Shown here in pieces: positions 61,329-64,000 of a DNA stretch of 64,000 nucleotides. The stretch is taken from NCBI RefSeq assembly GCF_009914755.1, contig NC_060942.1; one strand, given 5' to 3'. Below the pieces are notes generated by a model that searched no databases, was not told the DNA's origin, and worked only from the letters and a program-made list of their open reading frames with translations. The stretch comes from the human T2T-CHM13v2.0 reference genome, Homo sapiens. A program made the translations under genes and the position numbers. Position 1 is the first letter of the stretch. Each line of letters opens with the position of its first letter.

Positions 61329-62329
61329 TGGTAGTTTCTTTTGCTACTATCAGAGTGAACAGGCAACCTACAGAATGGGAGAAAATTTTTGCAATCTACT
61401 TATTTGACAAAGGGCTAATATCCAGAATCTACAATGAAGTCAAACAAATTTACAAGAAAAAAAAACAGACAACCCCATCAAAAAGTGAGTGAAGGATATG
61501 AACAGAACACTTCTCAAAAGAAGACATTTATGCAGCCAACAGACACATGAAAAAATGCTCATCATCACTGGCTATCAGAGAAATGCAAAGCAAAACCACA
61601 AAGAGATACCATCTCACACCAGTTAGAATGGCAGTCATTAAAAAGTCAGGAAACAACAGGTGCTGGAGAGGATGTGGAGAAATAGGAACACTTTTACACT
61701 GTCGGTGGGAGTGTACATTAGTTCAACCATTGTGGAAGACAGTGTGGCGATTCCTCAAGGGTCTAGAACTAGAAATACCATTTGACCCAGCCATCCCATT
61801 ACTGGGTATGTACCCAAAGGATTATAAATCATGCTGCTATAAAGACACATGCACGTGTATGTTTATTGCGGCACTATTCACAATAGCAAAGACTTGGAAC
61901 CAACCCAAATGTCCATCAGTGATAGACTGGATTAAGAAAATGTGGCACATATACACCATGGAATACTATGCAGCCATAAAAAAGGATGAGTTTGTGTCCT
62001 TTGTAGGGACATGGATGAAGCTGGAAACCATCATTCTCAGCAAACTATCACAGGGACAAGAAAACCAAACACTGCATGTTCTCAGTCATAGGTGGGAATT
62101 GAACAATGAGAACACTTGGACACAGGGTGGGGAACATCACACACCAGGGCCTGTCGTGGGGTGGGGGAAGGGGGGAGGGATAGCATTAGGAGATATACCT
62201 AATGTAAATGACGAGTTAATGGGTGCAGCACACAAACATGGCATATGTATACATATGTTAACAAACCTGCACATTGTGTACATGTACCCTAGAACTTAAA
62301 GTATAATAATAAAAAAAATCTAAAAAAAA
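61329..62329 (+). mobile_element. 5'-truncated L1PA5/6-like LINE-1 with a 16-nt 5' inversion
   Basis: ORF2 C-terminus in the ORF track (61547-62299). 3'UTR reads aatgtaaatgacgag...ccctagaacttaaag. 13-bp TSD gaaaatgaattga at 61316-61328 and 62330-62342. Confidence 0.95.
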
Positions 62330-62626
62330 GAAAATGAATTGAGATACCTGGATCTTGCTTGGTGTTATAGACAGATCTTAAATATGGCTTTGATATTTAA
62401 TAACAGCTACTAACTTATATGGTTTGGTTCTGTACTGATAAGTCAGAAGAAGTAGGCTTAGGACTGGTGGGGTGCTAGAGATGGTGTGTATCTGCTTGGG
62501 AAAGGTAATTATTCAGGAATTTTGTGAGCAGGTGGCTAAACTCTTGGTAACTTGAAACTGGCCATAATGGAGATAAGTGCATCAGAAAAATGAACAAATA
62601 TTACAAATACAAGTGATGGGTGTGTA

Positions 62627-62932
62627 CGCTAGTTTACTAGGACACTACTGAATCATGGTGTAAGTTTCCTTGCCTCATTGGGAAGATATGACTACTGCAA
62701 CTCTGCAGAAGTAATCTACATAAATGATGAAATATAACTGTATATACAGAAAAACTATGAATGGGGACAGTTATAAATCACTAGTTTACCAGAACACTAC
62801 TGAACCATGGTGGGTAAGTTTCCCTGCCTCATTGGGAAGATATGACTACTGCAACTCTGCAGAAGGAATCTACATAAGTGATGAAATATAACTGTATATA
62901 CAGAAAAACTATGAATGGGGACAGTTATAAAT
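62627..62932. repeat. Two-copy tandem duplication (152 and 154 bp units)
   Basis: 62627-62778 and 62779-62932 align end to end with about 7 substitutions and one 2-bp indel. Confidence 0.95.
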
Positions 62933-64000
62933 TGGCCTTAAAGTATCTGAAGATACTTTTATATTTTTGATCAATGATATGCTTAGGTTTTTATATACAA
63001 GTTAGTGATTGTAGTAGTTAAGTTAGAAAAATATATAATAAAGCAGTATTTATGCCCAGAAAATCTTAGGAAGGATTAAGTGTCCTTAGAGGGAACTAGA
63101 AGGTTATCAACTCAAGGTGGTAGTGACATTTTGTTAATCCATCTAGACATCTTGAAGGAAAATGGTGTGTCTCAGTTTTCTATCTGAGTTAAATCAACTA
63201 TATATTTCTTAAACTTGATGTAGAGTTAGCATTCTTGGGGGCAGGCCAATAACAAATGAACATTAGCAATATTTTGTTCAGGGTCTCAGAATACATCAAA
63301 ATGTCTTCTAGATCCACAATTATGTAGTAGTTTAAAAGGTCAAAGAATGAATCATTCATGACATGCTAAAATACCTATATTGCATAACTGAAGCTGAACA
63401 CGTTGCAGTATAGTTGGAGAGAATATAATGTATACAAATTTTAGTCCTGCTTTCAGTTCTCTCTCTTGTGTCAACCAGATCAGACATGTTAAAAAATCTA
63501 GTTAGGTGTAAATGGTGGCTATTTTTCTACTAAGGTGGGTGTTAGGCTGCTAATAGACTGAATATCCAGAAGTTGTTAGAAAGGATGAAGCTCTATACCA
63601 TTTTACCAAATAAATTTGGATCTCTATGAAGAGGAATTGAGTCCATGTTTAACATTTTGCCTATGAAGTCTCAACATGCCCTGTTCTTTCATTTTAGCAG
63701 TGATATTTTAGTATAGCTCTTTAGGATACACATTTTTGGGGTACAAGGTCAAGACTGCAATGTACAGGCTGTCAGTGGTAGCTTCTTAGCCTAATGGAGC
63801 TGAACATAATCTTGAGGTCATGACAATTCCAGGGTAGGATTAGTATAGGTCTTCATAATTATTAACTGTAAAGCCTAATAGAGTAGTTTCAACAATTGCT
63901 AACATCAGCAATTGTTAACATTTTGTCATTCTTCATTCTTTCTCTTTCTCCCTTCCTCTCCCCACCTACCAACTATTTATTTTTTTTGCTGAACTATTTA

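Noticed and set aside
62440-63900. Possible coding exon or ancient retroelement internal sequence
   Set aside because: The frames I translated by hand hit stops quickly and I recognised no family motif.

Overview
Repeat-rich, AT-rich primate genomic DNA, most likely human because it carries an AluYa5. It looks intergenic or deep-intronic: I could not support any intact host protein-coding exon, rRNA, tRNA or CRISPR feature, and almost all ORF-track hits are Alu, L1 or LTR translations or chance ORFs. The window holds 10 Alus, several L1s of different ages, solo LTRs (LTR12, an LTR15-like ERV1, THE1, MST, MLT1), MER5/MER20/MER81 DNA transposons, L2/L3/MIR relics and a processed RPS8 pseudogene. 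The most unusual structure is a ~3.7 kb minus-strand composite (29879-33595) that splits an old L2 and is bracketed by a single target-site duplication (TSD). It is an L1PB element that keeps its extreme 5' end, appears to have a spliced 5'UTR, has lost ORF1 and the endonuclease region at a microhomology junction, and whose A-rich tail runs directly into the RPS8 retrocopy. Also notable: a pristine 5'-truncated AluYa5 (candidate polymorphic insertion), two L1s with twin-priming inversions (one only 16 nt), a perfect 26-bp palindrome, a 152-bp tandem duplication and several candidate enhancer blocks. Subfamily names come from my recollection of consensus sequences and need RepeatMasker/Dfam confirmation.
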